Counted from the first letter of the whole stretch, positions 9,343 to 22,579 are shown. The stretch: 62,147 nt of DNA, filler included, from Vannella sp. (GCA_023345925.1; 7 parts of 7 records of this genome joined end to end with filler, not necessarily neighbours in it); one strand, 5' to 3'. Notes: generated by a model from the sequence alone, not told the origin. Made by a program: numbers and translations.

Positions 9343-11232
9343 ATGGAGACGCCAGACGAGCCCTTGTTGTCAATAAATCTGTCTTTCACTCGCAGAAGAG
9401 CCCATCTTTCGTTGTCCGTGGTCGGCAACATGGGCTTGCTTACCTTCGATGGTCTGATGTCCATGTCGTGGATGGAGATGGCCCAGTCCCTTCCAGCACC
9501 AAGATCAGCAGCGCAGGTTAAGCGGTCTGGAGAGGAGAATCGCCGCGCCTCGGTGTTTGGAGCGAAGAGGGTTCTGCCCCGTTCGTCGGGACCGATTGAT
9601 GAGACGGTCTCCTTCTCCCAGCAGAGAATGGCCTTGTAAGGTCAAACACTTCTCCCTTTTCATTCTGGGACTAACCAAACGCGGTCTCCTAGGTTCTGCT
9701 CTGAGGAAGAGCTCGACGAGCCGCGTCGAAAGTTAGCAAATGGAATGCTCTTCAGTTTAGAGCACCAGGAAGCACTTGAAAGTCTCACTCTCCTTTATAA
9801 GAATGCCTCAGGAGACCCCTCTAAGGCAGGCGCCTCGTCCCTTCAGAAGAAGGCGTCATTCTCCAAGTTCATCAAGATGAAATCATCTGTCTCTGTCTCA
9901 CGTGGCCCTGTATTAGATGTACGGATGTCTGTATTACCTATCAACATCAACTAACGGTACCCAAGGTGCAAACCTACAAGATTAACTTCCAACTTCCGGA
10001 CGGAATCTCCGCTCCTCTTCGAGAGGAGATGGTGGCGCATCTCTCCCTCCCTTTGGTTTCTGGCAAGGGAAAGTTTTCATGGTACTTGCCAAAGCCTCAT
10101 CCAGCGTATACACTTTCTGTGAACCCATCCTCAGGTTCCTTCAAAAAAGTGAGTTTCTCTCCACCTGGATTCTCTCTCCTCTGAAGCTCACTCCTGTCCC
10201 CAGAAAGGGCCTCAAGAGTTTGATATCTCAGTGACATTCAACTCCAGTCTCTTCCTGGAGGAAATCATCTCCTTGGAGATACCTGGTGAGTCTCACTGTC
10301 ACTCCCTTCTTCCCTTTGCTGACTCGCTCCCAGGAACTGGGCGCTACTTCTTCCTCGTCTCTCTAGAGAGCGAGTTTTCTGTCTTTGGCGAGGATCTGAA
10401 GCACTATGTACGAGGGCGTGGCCAGCGTGAGTGAATCAACGAGACCCAAAGTCAGGCTTAGAGTCTCACGTTACGCGGCAGCTGAGATCCCACCAACTCT
10501 TTCTACCATCAGGAGCTACATGCTTCAATCGGGGGTCATCAAGAACACTCGAATCCTCCTTGACACCAATCTGGATGAGGAAGAGGTCCAAGTCATTCGA
10601 GACAAGCTCAATCGCGGAGTCTTTACCTCATGCCAAACAGCCAACTCTCTTGCGAGAGTGCTCTTAGTGAGTACTAAGACCCTCCAGAAGGCAACTATTC
10701 AGTATATTGACCGCCACCAGGACTGGTTCAACGAACAGAACCCACCCCTTCTACAGCGGCTCTCTGAGAACCAGCTTATGCTCGCTGTGGGAGAGCAGGA
10801 GTTCGTATCCATGTGGGAAGGATTGCAGGAACCTTGCCAGGCCATATTCCGATGGCTCCTGGTCTTCCTAAGTGATGTTCTTCACGAGTCGGCCTCCAAT
10901 CAAGTGACCGTTAAAGAACTTGGTGAGTGAACAGATAGATGTCTGTCAGAGTCAAACTCACAGCCTTCCAGCGACTGTGTTTGGACCAGTTCTCTACAAA
11001 CCAAGAAGTCAAGATGCGAGTCGAAACGAAAAGTTGGCGAGCACTATCGAGCGCTTGGTTGTCTGCGCAATCGAGTACGATCAGAGATTTAGAGGTCTAT
11101 CCAGTCACCTGGTGTTGAGAGACAGCTCGCACTGAGCCATCCATTAGAGCAACAGGTCCCCAAAAGGCATCCGAAAAGTTCAATAGTGACTTGTCTCTCG
11201 CTCTCTCCTCGGCATTGCGCGTTTATCACTAG
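9343..11232 (+). CDS. Multi-exon protein with a divergent C-terminal RhoGAP-like domain (both ends approximate)
   Basis: Spliced frames give SVFGEDL...EIPPTL...DWFNEQNPPLL...IFRWLLVFLSDV...NQVTVKELATVFGPVL, typical of RhoGAP helices. Confidence 0.6.
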
Positions 11233-12360
11233 ATCTTGAGGATCTCCATTTGCTTTCCGTGAGCAATGGCAATCCAGCTGGGGTTTTCAGTGGACCATTG
11301 GAGCTGATTGATCTCTCCTGAAGCGTGATATCCCAGAATTGGCTCCTCAATAGGATTGGGAAGCTCCTTCAGGTCCCAAATGAGAGCTTGTGAGTCATCC
11401 CCGGCTGTGCAGATGTGACAAGAGGAATGGGGAGCCCACGCCACAGCATTGAGAGCTGCCAGTGAGGTGGATTGGATCTCGGCGGTGGGTATCGAAGGAA
11501 CGCGTGTGTCGAGGATGGTGGCTTTGGCAGAGTCCAAAGAGATGGTTGCAAGATAGTGGTCGTCTTGTTTGTTCCAAGCCAGCCGCAGAAGTGGCGAGTT
11601 GTCTGGATTCTCGTAAATGATGGTCGAGTGCTCTAAGCTCCTATTTCTTTGGTGAGCACCTTCATTTAGGGGGGCTGAAGCTACCTACCGAATGTCGAAG
11701 GTTCTCACTGAACCATCTGCGCCAACCGAGGCAAAGGTGTCCTTCTCTCGGCCAAAGGCGATGTCATACACCTCCTTGTCATGAGCAATGAGCTGGGTGA
11801 TGGCCTGTTTGGTCTGTAGTGGTGTTATGAATGACACAAGGGAAGTTGTGCACCAGATAACTAACCTCAACGTTCCAGATAGTGCAAGTTGTGTCAATAC
11901 TGGCGGTGCCGATGATGGCAGGGTCAATTGTGTTCCAGTCGAAGGATGTAAGCGGAGCGCAATGTGTTGATGATGTCTATACATCTCTAGTTAGAATGAC
12001 TTGGCTCTTGCAGAGTCCAGGGCTTACGTTGGTGGTGAGATGTCCTCGGTCAGTGATCTTGTTGTCCTCACCAACAGACCACAAGCGCAGGAAGTCACCA
12101 GTTGTAGCAATGAGATCAGAAGCACCCACAGGACAGTCAGGCCGCCACATAACCTTCGTGGGAGGGTAAGGGTGAGAGAACTCCGCGACTTTCACAAAGC
12201 AATCGTCCTTCTGGTTGAGGTCCACCACCTGCACCATGTTGCTCCGATCCTCAACAAAAGAGCACACAGCTAGCCGATATGGCGTTCCTCTGCTCCAGTT
12301 CAAGGCGTAGATCGACCAAGGTGCGTCATACCGATAGATCTCCCCTGCCGGCCCGCTCAT
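11229..12360 (-). CDS. DCAF7: DCAF7/WDR68/AN11 WD40 protein
   Basis: [75 protein letters not shown] across exons. Confidence 0.93.
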
Positions 12361-12623
12361 CCCTCTGAACGTGTAAATAATGTATTTCGAGTAGTTTGTA
12401 ATGTGTAGCGGCTCTGGGAGAGTGAGGGGGCGATCATCCAGTCCTCCTTATGCCAGGTTGGTCAAGAAGTCAACGGGAATAGACTTTTCGAGGGTGATAT
12501 CGTCCAAGGTGATCTTGATGGGACATGGTTGGCTATTGAGGAACCAGTTGCGACCTTCGTTGGAGATGAGGAAGCTCCCGTGGCTTCCACTGTTCGTTGT
12601 TCCTTGGTAGAACCGTCCGATAG

Positions 12624-14252
12624 ATGGCTGGACATGGTTATCGGTTAAAAGAAACGCATCTCCGTTCTGTACTACAACCACAGGCTGAAGCGGAGCCTCC
12701 GGAGACGCGAAGAGAACCAGAAGCCGATCAACAGAAGCCATCAATAAATGCTCTTCACTCATTATCATCAAAACTATCATTTATTGGGGGCTTGATGGAT
12801 GAGGGACTGGCTGGTAAAGTTGCTGCCCACTCGGCTGCCTTGAAGCTTGCACTCTCTGCAGAGGAGGGGCGATATGTTGTTGCAGCGACAAAGCTGGCTA
12901 AGAATGATGTGGTCTTGACGCAGTACCCATACGCCTGGGCGGTATTCGATCAGTGGAAAGAGTCAACTTGCCGCTTCTGTTTGGGGTTTATTGAGGCTCG
13001 CCCACGCCCCTGTAAACGATGTGAACAAGTATACTACTGCTGTCAAACCTGCCAAAAGGAAGATGGGCGTGAGCATCTCATCCATGAGTGCCAGGTTCTA
13101 GCAGAACTGCTGAAAGTACAACCTGATGGAAAGCCCGCAGTCTGCCCACCCTTTCGCGACGATCTCTTCACTGAGCTGAAACTCTTACTCCGTCTGGTCT
13201 CTAGAAGGCGTGTAGAGCAGCTTTCCCCTGATAGTGACCGCCCAACAGACTTTCTCACCTCGTGGGACCGCGCTCACCACTTTGGAGACTACCTGAGCCT
13301 CATTGGCTCGCCAGAAGCATTCCCTTCTGAAACTAGAGAGAGCATTCGTTACTGGGTAGTCAATTACGCTCAAACAATGGGGGAGTACATCTTCCAGCGG
13401 TCCAATACCACTTATCAGACCAAAGTGGGCCGTCCTGAGTCCTTTGAAGAGCTTGAGGAGATGGTCTGTCGGAACAGATTGAATTCGTTTGCCTATGGGA
13501 ATGGATCTTTTGAGGAACCACAGGGGTTGGGCGTGTTCTTGACCGCGTCCTTCTTTAATCACAGTTGTGCTCCAAACGTCATGCTTAGAACAGTGCCTAC
13601 GGAGTGCGAGGATATCCTCCCAACGACAATGAGTGGTTCTAAGAACCCTCGAGCAAGTCCAGCCGGTCCAATGGTTGTCTTTGTTGCGGCTCAAGAGATC
13701 GCTGAAGGGAATCCTCTCACAATATCTTACTTGGATAACGGCATGACCGAAGCAGGCCTTTTAAGCGACGGAGAATCTGAGGATGAATCCGGAGAGCCAC
13801 TTTCACTAGGATATCGTCAGGAAGAACTGAAGACAAGCTACCTATTCACCTGCAAATGTCACAGATGCATTACCGAAGGGACCAGTTCCATACCCGATAT
13901 GCAAGTGACTGAACCTCAAATTGCAAAAGTGGAGGGTAAAGATGAAGTAGTTGACCCTCTTGAAAGTCATATCCTCTTCAATAGAAGGTCGCCCTTACTC
14001 TCGTTGGGAGAAGGCGAGCCAAAGCTCCTCCAAGAACAGTTCTGGAGTCTGATAGGGACTACTCACTCCATCAAGACCTCCAAAGGGAAGACAAAACTCA
14101 CAATCAAAGGGTTTTCTGTTCAAATGGCACCTGACAACCGCCCAATCCAAATGGCCTTGGTCCACTTATCCGGAAAACCCGATCCCGACCACATTCCCCT
14201 TCAACGCCTTTTGGGTCTTGGAATTTTTGCATCACTGATTGGCACACCGTAA
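12624..14252 (+). CDS. SET and MYND domain (SMYD-like) lysine methyltransferase
   Basis: GRYVVA, MYND CRFC...CKRC...YYCCQTCQ...H..EC, SFFNHSCAPN, LTISY, post-SET YLFTCKCHRC. Confidence 0.88.
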   Translation: MAGHGYRLKETHLRSVLQPQAEAEPPETRREPEADQQKPSINALHSLSSKLSFIGGLMDEGLAGKVAAHSAALKLALSAEEGRYVVAATKLAKNDVVLTQYPYAWAVFDQWKESTCRFCLGFIEARPRPCKRCEQVYYCCQTCQKEDGREHLIHECQVLAELLKVQPDGKPAVCPPFRDDLFTELKLLLRLVSRRRVEQLSPDSDRPTDFLTSWDRAHHFGDYLSLIGSPEAFPSETRESIRYWVVNYAQTMGEYIFQRSNTTYQTKVGRPESFEELEEMVCRNRLNSFAYGNGSFEEPQGLGVFLTASFFNHSCAPNVMLRTVPTECEDILPTTMSGSKNPRASPAGPMVVFVAAQEIAEGNPLTISYLDNGMTEAGLLSDGESEDESGEPLSLGYRQEELKTSYLFTCKCHRCITEGTSSIPDMQVTEPQIAKVEGKDEVVDPLESHILFNRRSPLLSLGEGEPKLLQEQFWSLIGTTHSIKTSKGKTKLTIKGFSVQMAPDNRPIQMALVHLSGKPDPDHIPLQRLLGLGIFASLIGTP

Positions 14253-14378
14253 TTATATTTTCAATTATTTGGTTAAATTCTCCTTTTCTCAACCTTCTGC
14301 CTGCTCAACACAACGAAAATTTTCGTTTTTGCTCGTTCCTTCTGCCACCTGGCTCCTTTTTTTTAACCCTTCTCGGAC

Positions 14379-14479
14379 ATGGTCAGTTCGTGCACTAGGG
14401 AAAAGAGCGCAACTAACTCCCTGTGAAGCCTCCTAAAGAGAAGAAGACCAAGGAACAGATCGCCAAGGCCGCCGCTGCC
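14379..14479 (+). CDS. RPS25: 40S ribosomal protein eS25, 5' fragment
   Basis: ATG, intron 14382-14428, then PPKEKKTKEQIAKAAAA; pyrimidine tract upstream; cut by contig end. Confidence 0.7.
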
Positions 14480-14579
14480 NNNNNNNNNNNNNNNNNNNNN
14501 NNNNNNNNNNNNNNNNNNNNNNNTTAATTAATTAANNNNNNNNNNNNNNNNNNNNNNNNNNNNNNNNNNNNNNNNNNNN
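14480..14579. other. Artificial contig spacer
   Basis: N-run/TTAATTAATTAA/N-run. Confidence 0.97.
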
Positions 14580-15118
14580 AAGACTTATTCGCGGTCCTTT
14601 GCCCTCGCGGTCCACTCAAAATGCTCCTTGATTTAAGTGAGGAAAGAGGGGAACCCATTCCAGCACTTCTTTACAATGGGAGTATTGTATGCGTGGGCAT
14701 GGCCTTTGACTCAAAGCCCCCGAAGCAATCAGAGTTCTCTGGGAGGGAAGAGGAAGAAGTTGAACTTGTTTCATTTACGAATGAGTTTGACGAGCACTCT
14801 GACGGTGAACTTGATGAAATGGAGTCCATCGAATCAGCTCATTTACAATCCGTTGAATCGTCCGAAATGGTTCATCAACCCCATCAACTCGAAGAGGATT
14901 CAGAAGCAGGATCTTCTCTCCTACACCCAGATGCAGGGCAGAAGCGAGAGGAAGAAGCGGATCCAAATGATCGATTGACCTTTACTAATGGATCCCCAGC
15001 AGGTAAGCAGGAACAAGATATGGTATCGGTACATCCAGTCACTAATGTGCCACCTTCGTCTGACCAGAACATTCGGTCAAATTGGGACTTGGTGACTTTA
15101 TTTTCTACAGTGTCCTGA
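14580..15118 (+). CDS. Acidic low-complexity protein, probably the 3' part of a truncated gene
   Basis: 165-aa E/D/S-rich ORF next to the contig start; no motif recognised. Confidence 0.4.
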
Positions 15119-15583
15119 TTGGACGCGCTGCCATGTACGACATCACGACAGTATTTACCTGCCTCCTTGCTATTATCGCGGTAAGATATCTGACCTCCCC
15201 ATTGACACAGTCCCATCCTCATTGCTGTGACAGGGATTGTTCTTTACTTTGATTCTCCTTGCAGTCTTCAGGAAAGCTCTGCCAGCTCTTCCCTTCTCCA
15301 TCTTCTTGGGATTTATCTTTTACTTTATCACTCGTACGTTCTTAGTGCCTTACGTACAGCTCTTGGGTTCCAACGGCGTTTTCATTTGAACCAAAACAAC
15401 AATCCAGCCAGTCATCAAATCCTCTTTTCTCTAGAGGAGCTCCACACTTTCCGAGAATCATCATCATCACCATTCAGAGTGATTCTCCCTCTTGTCAGAA
15501 TACACAACTCAATCAATCAATCAATCAATCTGACAAACTAACACTATTTCAGTGGATGCGAGAGACTCTAGGGTTTCCTATAA

Positions 15584-16282
15584 TCAGTGTTCCTTTATGA
15601 TGACACCCACAGCTAATCGGCAAAGGAAACTCCAACTCACAATCCCCACCACCCCAGAAGGCCAACCAGGCACACTTAATAACCAAAAGAAGAGCCTCTG
15701 GAGGTATCCCAGCTCCACAGTAGAAGTTACCACTTGAGAATGTGCTAAAGAAGAGAGCCAGACCATGTGGTCACCAAAGGGATAGCGAGAGACCACATCA
15801 GAGCAGATGCCGATGGGGAACACAAACAAGGGCGTGTTCCACCACCAGTAGGATATGGCCACTGCGAATAAACCCTTCATGCGCGTGCTAGGTCAGAATA
15901 CACCACCTTCAGCAAGTGGAGGAAGGAATCAGCGCACCTGAAGGACTTGTTCCAACAAGTGTTCGACGATCTGGTCTTTGAATGCGGGGGCTGCTGGTAT
16001 GCTCCATCAGATGAGAGGAAGAGAAGGAAGAGATATCCTCTCACTGTAAGCTGAGTCGATGTCCTCTTGTTTGGCGATCTCCCGCTCGAGGAGAGTGCGA
16101 GTGACAAAGGTGGAGTTGGATTGGAAGTGGATCAGCTCCTTTCGCAGACAGGCTGCATACGCCTGGCTCCTTTGCTTTCTATCTTTCGCATGTATGATGC
16201 TACCCTTCCCCCACAGGATGGCCCATCGAGAGAGGAGGAACAAGAAGAAGATCAAAAGAGGAGATCCGAGTCCCATCGCCAT
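15584..16282 (-). CDS. GET1: GET1/WRB-like tail-anchored protein insertion receptor
   Basis: N-terminal TM, coiled coil LRKEL...FVTRTLLEREIAK, then WWWNTPLFVFP and WLLSVPGWPSGVVGIVSW; spliced; start approximate. Confidence 0.65.
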
Positions 16283-16433
16283 CAGCCCTCCGTCTCCCGG
16301 CTGTCAAGAAATGGCTGCCATGTGTTGGGAATCCTCTTCTTGTGGGTCAATTGGGTGTTTACAGGTGAATCGAATGGAATTCCATCGAAAGGCGTCCTCT
16401 CAGAAGAGGGGAAGAGGCTCCTCGACAAGAAAC

Positions 16434-17249
16434 TTATTCCTTTCGGAGTAAGCCGTCTTTCTCGTCGACTTCGTCTCGAGGGAGCAGTCTCATGTCTCTG
16501 AGTTCTCTCTCCAGTGCGAACAGCTCCTGTACGTAAGAGGGCACCTCGTAGGTCTGTTCGATGGCGTCCTCCACGGTGGTGTCACTGGGCCCGGCTTTCA
16601 TTGGCTGTTAGAGGGGATGAGAGCGATGTGGTGTGGACTCTCACTTGTTGGATAAGGCTTTTTCCACTCCTCAGGCTTCGGAATGATCTCTCCCGACCGC
16701 ACAGAGACTCGGACCTTCTCCCCGTCAATCTTCTTCCAACTGGTCTTGGTTGGGAGCCTGTGCTTTGGTGAGAGGATACTCCTTTCTAGTGAAGAGGACA
16801 GACCCGTCAACGGGATCAATGAGTGCTACATTGGAGTAGTGGATGGGAGCGTTCTGTGTGAAGATGCCTCCTTTCTGCTCAGGGGTCGATGCAACATGCT
16901 TCTTGACCTTCGAGGAGATGATTCGTTGGTAAGCGCGGGTTGGAATTACGACCTGGGGCCCTCAGAGGACCTTCTTACCAAGTTAACTTGATCAACGAGA
17001 ACGGTGTTCCTCCGTCGGTCGACTCCAACCACCTTTCCACGCTCGCCTGTGCTCTTTCCCTCCATGACTTGAACCTATCATCATCTCTGTTGGTACAAAC
17101 TCAAACCCTTTGACAGGGAAACCCACCAGATCGCCCTTCAGGATCTTCCAAATCTTAAAGCGCCGAATGGGGCTTCTCTTTCCCGCTCTCAAGCGATCGG
17201 TACTCTCCAAGATCACGCGAGGAACATGCTGAAAAGACTTGCGCCCCAT
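16434..17249 (-). CDS. MRPL24: Mitochondrial ribosomal protein uL24m
   Basis: Spliced: WKILKGDLVQVMEGKSTGERGKV...VKKHV...NAPIHYSNVALIDPVDG...KVRVSVRSGEIIPKP...GPSDT. Confidence 0.88.
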
Positions 17250-17401
17250 GTCTAGCACGCAAGGAACGCCAAAGAGTGACCACTTTTCCGACCTCCCAGA
17301 GGGAAATGCGAATTGATTAGGGGATGGACTGAGAGAGTCTTGTTTGTAATTCATAGCCAGCTTGGCACTGAAGATTGATCCATTCCCTCTTTTGCCTTTG
17401 C

Positions 17402-18301
17402 ATGTCGAGTGTGGAAGGCGCCTTGCAGCCGCCCAAGCTCCCACGCAATGAAGTGGAGAAGGAAAGTCACAAGAGGTTGATTGTAGTGCTGGAAGATGCG
17501 TGCCTGGAGACGGTGAAGGCCGGGAAAGCCTTTCAGCTCCTCAACTGCGACGATCACATTTCGATCCTTCGCAAGAACAGCCGCAACTTGAACGATGCCA
17601 GACCGGACATTACTCATCAGGTATGTTGATCTCTTCTCCTCTTCTGGAGTGGCAAGTGGTGGGCATACCCCACTGCGGGAGGTGTCTTGCCTACTGATCA
17701 GTGGATTGCAGTGTCTCCTCAACTTGCTTGACAGTCCCTTGAACAAAGCTGGACTTCTTCAGATCTACATCCACACGGCTAAGAACGTTCTGATCGAGGT
17801 CAACCCCAAAACCCGGATCCCCCGCACCTTCAAACGATTCTCCGGACTGATGGGTAAGTTTCCTTCTCTCCCACTCGTACATATTCCTCCTCTATGTCCC
17901 TCTCTGGTGATGAAGAGCGATACCAGAGGAGTTCCTAACGGTTTTGGCCCTCGTTTCGGCCACTTGTCAGAACAGTGCAGCTTCTTCATCGAATGAGCAT
18001 CAAGGCGAATGGCAATGAAACCCTCCTGAAGCTAGTGAAGAACCCTGTGACGGAGCACTTCCCTGTGGGAGTGAGGGCCATCGGCACCTCTGTGAACGCT
18101 CCTCTGGTGAACCCCAATGACTGGGTTGCCACTCTGCCAAAGGATCAATCTTTCGTGATTGTCATTGGAGCGATTGCTGTGGGCAAGATCGACGTCCCGT
18201 ACGTGGAAGAAGAGATCGCCATTTCCTCCTACCCCTTATCCGCTGCTGGTGTCTGTGTGAAGATGTGCAGCGCCTTTGAGCAGCACTGGGGCATTCTGTA
18301 A
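17402..18301 (+). CDS. EMG1: rRNA small-subunit pseudouridine methyltransferase NEP1
   Basis: [50 protein letters not shown]; two introns. Confidence 0.96.
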
Positions 18302-18396
18302 CTAAATAAATGCTCACGAGCAGCAAAAGCGAGCCCTTCTCCCGCCCTCTCGTCCTGCACGAGGAGGTGAGCGATCCTTCATCTCCTTCATCTCCT

Positions 18397-19181
18397 TTAT
18401 TTCTTTTGGTGTTCGTTGTGGAACTCCCATTCGACGATCTCCCAGGCAGAGTAGCGGATCTGAATGAGATTGAGGACCTGCTTGAGGAGGAAGACAGGGG
18501 AGCAGACTAGCATGGCGAAGCCAAAGACATTCGCACTGTACTCCAGCAAGGTCACCTCGGGGAAGAAGTATGTCATGTACGCGAAGATGTAGAAGAGTTC
18601 GTTACCCAAGCATACCAGGCCCAGCACAAGCCGGTTGTGATAGTACAGTTGGAGGAGCTGCGAGTTACTTTTGATGTTTTTGTGACCCTCTCCAATGAGC
18701 AGAGAGGCTACGACTCGTAACCAGTGGCTGGAGATATCCAAGATAATCAAAAGCATGCACACGTGTCGGAAGGGGAAGAAGAGGTGAGAGAGAATGACCA
18801 CCAAACAGGCAGTTGCAAAACGGTCCGTTACCATGTCCAGAATGGCCCCAAAACGAGAGCCTGGAGTGCTGGTGTGAGAGGAACCTCGTTTTCATCCGTG
18901 TACAGATAACCTACATTGTCCAAACAGACGAGCGACGTGTCCATCCGCTGCATCGAGGAGGAAGCTCACCAAGTAACAGAACAAGAAGATGAAAGGGTTC
19001 TCGTAAAGGCAGAACGAGGCGATGGCCAATATCACTCGAGTATAACCTAAATCCCGCACCCACACCGGCGTCAATCACCTTTCGCGGAGGAAGGGAAGAG
19101 AAGCAGCGAACCAATAAGATTAGGGTACCAGAAGAAGATATCCCCGGGGTACTTCGGGGTTGCTTTCTTCACTGGTGGCAT
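18397..19181 (-). CDS. CDIPT: Phosphatidylinositol synthase
   Basis: YPNLIGYTRV, LDAADGHVAR, FGAILDMVTDR, LDISSHW, GNELFY; two introns. Confidence 0.93.
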
Positions 19182-19329
19182 CTGCGAGACTTGGTCAAGC
19201 GGCTCTGAGTGCGCCAGAGGCAAATGAGAGACCAAAACGCCTGTTTTGAGTTGGGAAGCTTTTCATGCGCATGCGAGCTTTTGAATGATTAGTTGGGCGA
19301 GAGGTTCATTATTTGGTGATCATATCGGG

Positions 19330-20439
19330 ATGGCTGCGCTCTTTGGCGAGTCACTGGAGTCCATCATGGCTCGCACAGGGGAGGAGAGAATTCCCACGTT
19401 CGTGAAGCAAACCCTTGGTGTTTTGAATAGCAAAGGTGGGTGATGGTGGTGACTGGTGGAGCCAGGGGTGTGGCTTACAATGAACTGACTCTTTCCAAGT
19501 GGACCTTGACGGACTCTTCCGGGTTTCGGCTGGCGTGAAGGACCTAGAAAATCTAAAAGCCAAGTTCAATACAGGTGAGCAGAGCCGGTTCCCTCCTCCT
19601 CAGGCTCACCAACAATGTCAAAAGGCAGCGCTGTTAGTTTGTTGGAGTGTGATCCCCACTTGGTTGCTGGGCTCCTTAAAGTGTTCCTCATCGAACTACC
19701 TGAGCCCCTACTCACCTTTGATTTGTACGACGAGTTCATCGAGGCAGCAGGTGAGAAACTCTTCTCCTCCCTCCCTCCCCAGGCTTCCAGGTGGGGAGGT
19801 GAAAGCGATCCTTCCACTCACAAACAAGAATAGATCTTGATGATAGCAAGGAGAAGTTGAAAGCTCTCTTTCAAAAGTTACCAGAAGCAAACAAGCTCAC
19901 AGCTGGGTGCCTCTTTTACTTTCTGTCCCGCGTAGCCACATACGAGTCTCAATCAAAGATGACAACGAACAACCTTGCTATAGTGTTTGGCCAAATCCTC
20001 CTGCGGCCCAAGGTTGAATCTCTCGTGTCTCTTTTACGTCATTCGCCCAAAATCACTTCACTCCTCAAGTGTCTCATCGAGAACTACGCAGAGACTGTCC
20101 CTGTTGGTAGAAGCTCTTGTGAGTTCCTCCTTTGCTCACCAAAAAGGGTTCTTGTAGGCAGATGAAACGGAAGCCACCCTCGTCATCGATCTCATCTCGA
20201 TGGCCAAGAACAAAGCGGCTTTTGGCGGTGAGATTAAGCTTTCAAGGGAACAACAAAAGCTTCGAAACATCAAATCAACTGTGGACGAGTCTATTCAGGT
20301 CGCCTTGGATCGCCTTGACGAGATGTCCAAGGAGCTTGCTGCAACTACCTCCTTGGAAGAGACCATTGAGATTGCGAAAAGAGTGCGCACGGCAAAGCGC
20401 TACCTCTTTGCGAAGGAAATGGAAACGACAGCTGCATGA
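19330..20439 (+). CDS. RhoGAP domain protein
   Basis: LFGESL, GLFRVSAG (arginine finger), LLKVFLIELPEPLLTF, KMTTNNLAIVFG; C-terminal coiled coil; several introns. Confidence 0.88.
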
Positions 20440-20623
20440 AGCGAAGGGTCTTTACAATGATACAGAAGGAGCCTCGCAGCACTCTATTCTCTTTAGAGTA
20501 TGGGCTCTCTCACCCTTCAAGTGCAACCAAGAAAGTCCCTTTTGCCTCATCAGCCGTTGGGAGCTGGTTGGCTTTTTCTGGGCGGGAAAGGAATTGGGAC
20601 CGTTTGAATGCCATACCTCGTTG

Positions 20624-21420
20624 ATGACTTCTCGACGTGGTGCTCTCATTGTTGTCGAAGGCGTAGATAGAAGCGGGAAGAGTTCACAGTGAGTTGGCCG
20701 CACCAAAAGGGAGGGAGAAGGCAAATGTCACGAGAGCTCTTACCAACACGCGATGGCGGGGAGCAGATGCGCCAGTCTGTTAGAAGATCTCCAAAAGACG
20801 ATACCCATCGTCTCTATGCGCTTCCCTGGTGAGTGACACTGGCACAGAGAAGCGCCATTGCCATTCCCTATCGGACTGATTGGCGGACTGACACGCACTT
20901 AGATAGGAGTACGACCATTGGGATGATGATTGACGGCTACTTGAAGAAGGGAGTGGAACTGCCAGACGAGTCGATCCACCTCCTCTACTCGGCCAACCGG
21001 TGGGAGAAGCGCGAAGAGATTGAAAGACACTTGGCCCAAGGGACCAATGTGTTGTGTGATAGATATGCCTACAGTGGAGTGGCATTCAGTATGGCCAAAG
21101 GGATGGAACGATCGTGGTGTCAACGTCCAGATGAAGGGCTCCCACGTCCTGATCTACTTCTCTTCCTCCATCTATCCCCTGAGGCGGCAGCATCGCGCCC
21201 TGGCTTTGGAGAGGAGCGCTATGAAGTGAGCGCGTTCCAGCTCCAGGTCCGAGAAGCATACGCTCGATTGGAGAAAGAAGAAGCGCACTCTATCCCCTGG
21301 ACCTTTGTGGATGCGGAGAGATCCATCGATGAAGTCTTCCTGGACATGAAAAGAGCGATCCTCTCCACCGTAGAGAGTGCCCATGGACCCACAAAGCCAC
21401 TGTGGCGAGAGGACCAATAG
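20624..21420 (+). CDS. DTYMK: Thymidylate kinase
   Basis: RGALIVVEGVDRSGKS, HLLYSANRWE, DRYAYSGVAFS, GFGEERYE. Confidence 0.95.
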
Positions 21421-21578
21421 AAAGGAATGCGCTCTCCTCTTGTCTCCCTGATGGTGGCTGTTGGCTGCTAAATCTTCATTTCCTGAATTACTTTGGAGTG
21501 GTACTCTGGGGGACTCAACCGGGAGTGTGCGTGGGTTTGTATTATCTTCCAGCCCGCTCAAGGGAGGAGTGGAAGGAG

Positions 21579-22168
21579 ATGCCCGTGGTTGTGCAACACA
21601 TCGAACTGTCCCCCTCTGGGGAGGCCTCGCCGGTTCTCCTTCCTGAGGAAGTCATTCGTCATACGCAACCCAACGTGATTCAGGAGTCTCCTTTTAGTGA
21701 CGCCAAGACAGAAGGTGTACTGATCGTCACTAATCAGTAGGTTTCCTCGTTGTTCACCTCTCAGAAGGTTGATGTGGTGCCAGGCGGGTCCTTTGGGTGA
21801 ATGCAGAGTGTCCTTCTCAAGGATCCAGCTACCGATTCAGGGACATCTCCTTGCACGCCGTCGCGGAGACTGCTTTCGGAGCACCCTGCTTGTACTGTCA
21901 CCTCGATACCGAGGATGTTACAGAGCTTCGCTTCATTCCTGCTGATTCAGATTGCTGTAAGTGTTCCTAGTTTGATCACCACTGAAAGGCTAAGGGACCA
22001 CATGGATACGCAGTATCAAAGGTCTACAACGCCTTCTGCCAAGGGGCAATGGAGAACCCTGACACAGATGAGGAGGAACCAGAGGATGCTTGGCTTGCTG
22101 CCGCGATGGAGGATGACGCGGAGGGCCAGTTTGAAGATGCAGAAGAAGCGGACAATGAGGTGCCGTGA
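21579..22168 (+). CDS. CLNS1A: Methylosome subunit pICln-like
   Basis: Spliced: GVLIVTNQRVLW...ISLHAV...PCLYCHL...ELRFIP...YNAFCQGAMENPD...GQFEDAEE. Confidence 0.8.
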
Positions 22169-22579
22169 TTCTCTTCGTCGTAGCTAGTTCCTTCTACCAG
22201 GACCACGATCAAAGCAATAGATGCTTGATTGTCCCTTGCTTGACAGTGCCCCTTTCTCCTTCCCCTTGGTTGGAGTTCTCCCGATCCCATTGCAAGCGAA
22301 GGGATCGCAGATCTGATCTGGGACAAGGCTGCGCTCCTCAAGAACTCATAGAAGAGCCTTCATTCGTGTGAGTTGCCAACAACATCTGGTTGCTGGCAAG
22401 GACGTCCTTGCCAGGCACCAGCGAAAGGGGTCCGGTTGGAGGACGGGGAAGGAGCAAAGGCCGGGAGGGGAGGAGGGAAGGCCATAGAGAAGATATTTAC
22501 GAGGAATGAACGAATTGGGGCCAAGGGGAAGGGCAGACGGAGGGAGATTCATTCTTTCTTGTCCACCACGGCTCGCTAC

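Noticed and set aside
9081..9521. Second CxxU candidate (GPRCAS-TGA at 9111, in frame with ORF 9198-9521)
   Set aside because: No thioredoxin-like context, no SECIS seen, and the frame overlaps the start of the RhoGAP-like gene; probably chance.
13185..13694. Long antisense ORFs overlapping real genes (this one and many others in the track)
   Set aside because: Shadow frames of coding sequence with no motifs of their own.
15510..15530. (AATC)5 microsatellite
   Set aside because: Short simple repeat with no further significance.
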